Translations under genes and position numbers: made by a program
Source of the DNA: [Mycoplasma] cavipharyngis
GTDB taxonomy: Bacteria; Bacillota_I; Bacilli_A; Mycoplasmatales; Mycoplasmoidaceae
Assembly (NCBI RefSeq): GCF_042984175.1
Contig: NZ_CP155569.1
Location: 682,389 to 706,388 of the forward strand
Reading direction: 5' to 3'
Length of the DNA: 24,000 nt
Notes under the pieces: generated by a model
Database searches by the model: none
What the model was told of the DNA's origin: nothing
Seen by the model: only the letters and a program-made list of their open reading frames with translations
In this document: in pieces, positions 19,875 to 24,000 of the stretch
How positions within the stretch are numbered: position 1 is the stretch's first letter
How the letters are laid out: each line of letters begins with the position of its first letter

Positions 19875-22601
19875 TTAACTGCTTCTAGAATCATTATCCA
19901 CTTTAACATAACGCATGTTTAATTCTTCATTAAATGTTGGTGGAAGAGTATATTTTTTATTAGTTAAAACTGGAATTGGTTTCAATAAAATTGAATGAGG
20001 ACCATTTGAGTTAAACCCAATTCCTATTAATGAAGTAATTTCACGGTTTAAATCAGCAATTTGTTTATTAGAAATTTTTTCTAAATATTCAAGGGCAAAT
20101 TTGGAATAAGCAAAAATCGGATCAAATTCATCATTAGTTGTATCGCCAGTTACTTGTTTTTTAGCAAAATCACTATAATGACTTAAATCTTTAAAAGTGG
20201 CTTTTTTAACTTCTTCAAATGTTTTAGCACCACCATTATTAGAAAATGTAATTTGTGATTTTTTGAATTCTTGAGCTAATTTAGTAATTTCGGGATATTG
20301 AGTCGCTTTATCTTTATATGTTTGTAAATTTTGATTAGTATGTTGTGAACCAGAATTATCAGTAGTTGAAGTAGGTAAATCTGCAAAATTAAACAATGAA
20401 GTAAATAATTTAGAATCAGTATCTGTATAAAAGAAAAAGCCTAAAAATCCAAAATAGTTATTTAAATCATAACCTCATCCAGCCAATGAAAATGCTGATT
20501 TTGAACTAAGAACTGATTGAAACAATTGTTGATCCATTCGTTTTACTTCAATTTCTAAACGATTATCTAAAGAATTAAGCACAGAAACGGCATTATGTAA
20601 TGCTGATAATGTTGCTGCATTAGTATTAGTAAAACGAGTTGGAATAGTAAATTTAATTTTTTTATCAGCACCAGTTAAACTTTTACCCTTACCGCTTGTA
20701 GAATCATAAAACTTATCTAATAAACGTTTTGTTTCAGTTTTTAGTGCTGAATAATTAGATGCTTGATATTGAATCGTTTGATTATTAAAATTTTTTTGAT
20801 AGTGGGCTTTTTCTTCAGAATATTTTTTTTCAAATCTAGTATTACCATTAGCACCACCATAGAAAAAGAAACTATTTTGATTCTCAAAATCATCTAATAA
20901 AGTTTTTAATTTTGTTTCAGAATGTACGTTACTATCATTACCACCAATTAAAGCATCGGGACGAGCTAATGGAGCTCAAAATTCAGTATTAGAGTTAATC
21001 TCATTATTAAAAGTATAATAATTGAAAGCACTTGATAAAATTGAACGAAAAATATAACCATCACCCATTCAATAATTAGTTAAATCAGTAGCAGTACCTT
21101 CATTTAATTTGTTAATATCAACTCCATACATTAATAATGAAAAAGCATTATTAAATAAAAATGGTAAATTTTTACTTTTAGGGTTAGGATATAAGGTTGC
21201 ATTTCAATCTAAAAGTCCTGTAATTGAATTATTATCAGGTTGTTTGTTATAAGATAAATTAAATTGTTGAGGGCTGTTTAACACTTCACTTTTTTGAGTT
21301 TCTGTTAATGAACTTCAAGGAACACTAACTGCAGCACCATTTTTGTATTCTTCAAATTGATTATTTTGGAATACTTTTGCATCACTACCATCAAAAGTTT
21401 TAACATAAGAATAAATTGATTTAGGATCATTTGCAAAACTTTGATCAAAATAATTACGATTAATACTAAAACGCTCTAAAGAATTATTTGATTGAGCAAC
21501 ATAATAAGGACCAGCAAACAACATGTCCTTAAAATCAGAACCATATCAATAATAACCAGAACTTTTCGCAATACCACTAATATCAGATGGACTACGGTTT
21601 ACATTATCTGCAATATAACCACTAGGTGCAGGTGTGAAGTATGTACCATCAAGAATAATTTTGTATAAAAAATTTTTAAAATCACCAGTTTTCGCAGTTA
21701 TTGAAGGTTGTTGACTTGAAGAACCATTTGTTTGAGTAGTAGATTTATTTCCAAGAAATGTTAAAACATCTTCTTGAGTAGTAGAATCTTTTTGAATGAA
21801 TTGGGTTTCATCTATTAAGGCATTAGCATCTACATCAAATAATTTAATTAAATAAAGATTGGAATATTCAGAATTAGAACTAAAACGGTTTACAGAAGAT
21901 AATTTATCTTTATAAGTTTTATTAACTGCAGTTTCATCAGCGCTTGCACTACCACCATGTTTATGACGATAATTAGCATCTGTTAATTGTTGTCTTTGGT
22001 TTTTAACAAAAAAGTCTTTAGGAACAACTTTATAAGTGGTTTTTCTACCTTGACTATCAACTCAATAGGCATCATTTCTTAGTGCAAATTGAATTTTTTG
22101 AGCGTTATCAATTGCTGTTTGGAATGCTTCACTATTAACTGATTTCTCATTAGAAGATTTTAGAATTTTAACACCATTAGCTACAGGATCATCTACTTCA
22201 GTAGTTGTATCATCAGAATCAAAAACTTTAACAGTGCCATCTTTAGTTGTAACAATAATAGATTTTGCTAAACCAAATTTAATTTTATATTTGGAATAGG
22301 CAACAGGTTTACCATTCACATCTAATTTAGTTTGACCTTCATAGCCAAATTCAATTAAATTTGGTGTAGTTAAACTAATTTCAGTTGTTTTACTAGCTGC
22401 AACAACTGTATAATCATGACGAAAATTATACAAACTATTATCTGCAGGTGATTGGTTAATTTTACGAATATACTCATTTCTCTGATTTGGAGGTTGAATT
22501 GTAGAACAAGCAGACAAGATTAAACTTGTTGAAAGAGTAGGTAAAAGACTAAATTTTAATAATCGATATTTTTTAGTTGCAAATTTTAATTTAAAGTTCA
22601 T
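19875..22601 (-). CDS. oppA: Oligopeptide-binding lipoprotein OppA (large, about 908 aa)
   Basis: Track ORFs 19875..20396, 21315..21524 and 22062..22625 share one frame. I translated both gaps and found only TGA codons. The ATG at 22599-22601 gives a classic lipoprotein signal, MNFKLKFATKKYRLLKFSLLPTLSTSLILSAC, with lipobox LSAC. The gene sits at the head of oppBCDF. The stop is a true TAA at 19875-19877. Confidence 0.8.
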
Positions 22602-23725
22602 TTTATATATATTTTGGATGATCAATAATATTCTTTTTTTAAGATAAAAATTAAAAATAATAATTATGTTAATGTAATATTAGTCTTTTAATAATTTATT
22701 AAATTTTTATTAAATTAAGAATTAGCACATATTAAATAAAGTGTACTAATATTTTGCAATTATTAAAATATTTTTAAATTAAAAATTAATTAGTTAATTT
22801 AAAAACCATAATTCTAAAATAATTTCTAATTAATTTAGATCTTAGATGATCTAATATTAAAATTTAAAAAATATGAATAATGATTTAAAAACAACAAACT
22901 ATTTGAAAAAATAATTGAGAAACTAAATTTAAAAATGATACTAAAAAGATATAAATCGATTGAAAATAATGATTTTTATATTATGTAGTATTAAAAAATA
23001 GTTAAAAAATAAATTAAAAATGCCTTAAATTTAATTAAAAATTTTAAAAATATTAAAATTTTTTATCGCTTTAATAACAAATTGGGAAAATTTGTAATAA
23101 TCCGTCAATAAGAAATTAAAATAGTAATAATCAAAAAATTGACTGAAGAAGTCGATAAAACGATCTTCATTTTATTTCAATTTAAATTGTTCTTCTTTAA
23201 AGTCACAATTCTATTACCTAACTTAAATTTACTTTTTTAATTTATATAAAAAATAGATATTGATATCCATTATAATCAAATTTATTAATATTTTTAATAA
23301 TTTTTATTAAACAATATAAGAATAAAATATTTAATAAAATTTTTCTAATTTTTAAAAAAATAACAATTGATTTAATTTTTATAAGATAAATCATCATTAA
23401 AATATTAATTTTTATCAGGTTTAGAAAATACTTACTTAAATTTTTAATAACTCATTAACTTATTTGAAATTAACAAACAAAATTTAAAATGGGGCCTAAA
23501 AAACTAGTAAATATTTGTTATATGGTCATTTATCTTGATATTAGATAAATCGTTAATAAGTTAAATTATTTAAAAATCTAATATTAATCAAACATAATAA
23601 AAAGATAACTAATGTCTGATATATTAATGTTTTTTTCAATATCAAAAGATTATCATTTCATTAAAATGTTTATTTAAAAACATTAAGAGATATTTTTAAT
23701 GAATTATTTTAATTAATATGATTTT

Positions 23726-23763
23726 CAAAAAAAGATCCATTCGTCTTATTAACAAATGGATCT
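23726..23763 (-). terminator. Orphan rho-independent terminator (minus strand) in the ORF-free region
   Basis: 9-bp stem: agatccatt (23733-23741) pairs with aatggatct (23755-23763), and two further inner pairs are possible. On the minus strand it is followed by TTTTTTT (23732-23726). There is no T-run on the plus-strand side. Confidence 0.5.
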
Positions 23764-24000
23764 ATTATCTGATCAGTTTCTTAACTAAACAAGAGTTTAT
23801 TAAGAAATAATTAAAACCTAACCATTATCAGATATTAAGCTACATGGTCTTAATATTTGTATATTTTAATAATGATTCGATTTCTAACACGAGTTATTTT
23901 TACATAATTAATTATAATAAAATAACTTTTAAAAATAAAAATAAACTAATTATTTCTTCTGATCAAATCTATTTTCAATTTATCTGCTCCCCCTACTTTC

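Noticed and set aside
20679-20702. A P-loop-like string, STSGKGKS, in OppA as a Walker A motif supporting ecto-ATPase activity.
   Set aside because: It does not satisfy [AG]-x4-G-K-[ST], because Ser occupies the first position. I kept it only as a remark inside the OppA finding, not as a feature.
23145-23168. A hairpin, gaagaagtcgataaaacgatcttc followed by attttatttc, as a plus-strand terminator.
   Set aside because: The stem is only 5 bp plus 3 bp with a bulge, the T-tract is interrupted, and there is no upstream plus-strand gene to terminate.
23980-24000. A GC-rich end of the window (ctgctccccctactttc) as the edge of a structured RNA gene (tRNA, rRNA, RNase P or tmRNA).
   Set aside because: I could recognise no conserved RNA motif such as a T-arm GGTTCGAATCC, the RNase P GAGGAAAGTCC, or a tmRNA 5' end. 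It more likely belongs to the 3' end of a minus-strand CDS that continues beyond the window. It cannot be resolved from 20 nt.
22626-24000. CRISPR array, tandem repeats, a DnaA-box cluster (oriC) or IS inverted repeats in the long non-coding region.
   Set aside because: I found no regularly spaced direct repeats, no TTATCCACA-like boxes, and no terminal inverted repeats flanking an ORF. I saw only short low-complexity A/T words, such as aataatgattt occurring twice, which is compatible with chance in this composition.

Overview
This is a very AT-rich Mollicutes (Mycoplasma-type) chromosomal segment that has to be read with translation table 4 (UGA = Trp). The supplied ORF track used the standard code, so it breaks almost every real gene at in-frame TGA codons. 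I rejoined the fragments by hand: same frame, no TAA/TAG between them, and conserved motifs running across the joins. The resulting map follows. Plus strand: a NifU/SufU-like Fe-S scaffold, endonuclease IV (nfo), a Fur-family regulator, a small membrane protein, then two tandem paralogous permeases and an ABC ATPase. Minus strand: a minimal wall-less division cluster (mraZ-rsmH-ftsA-like-ftsZ) with a putative MraZ operator, followed by gmk-prpC-prkC. Plus strand: an aldo/keto reductase. Minus strand: a full oligopeptide permease locus, oppA-oppB-oppC-oppD-oppF. The window ends in about 1.1-1.4 kb of ORF-free, extremely AT-rich DNA that holds an orphan minus-strand terminator. I found no rRNA or tRNA genes, CRISPR arrays, IS or phage genes, or recognisable defence systems. 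The points most worth a second look are: (1) OppF carries a roughly 500-aa insertion inside its nucleotide-binding domain; (2) oppD has a 1-nt frameshift at the Pro codon just after the Q-loop; (3) OppA is a very large 908-aa lipoprotein; (4) an uncharacterised permease-permease-ATPase module sits next to a cysteine-poor Fur-like regulator; (5) three 10-nt-phased TGGRR boxes lie between the mraZ -10 element and its ATG; (6) FtsZ and the FtsA-like protein are both strongly divergent; (7) the long ORF-free region has a stand-alone terminator. All coordinates come from manual translation, so start codons in particular are provisional.
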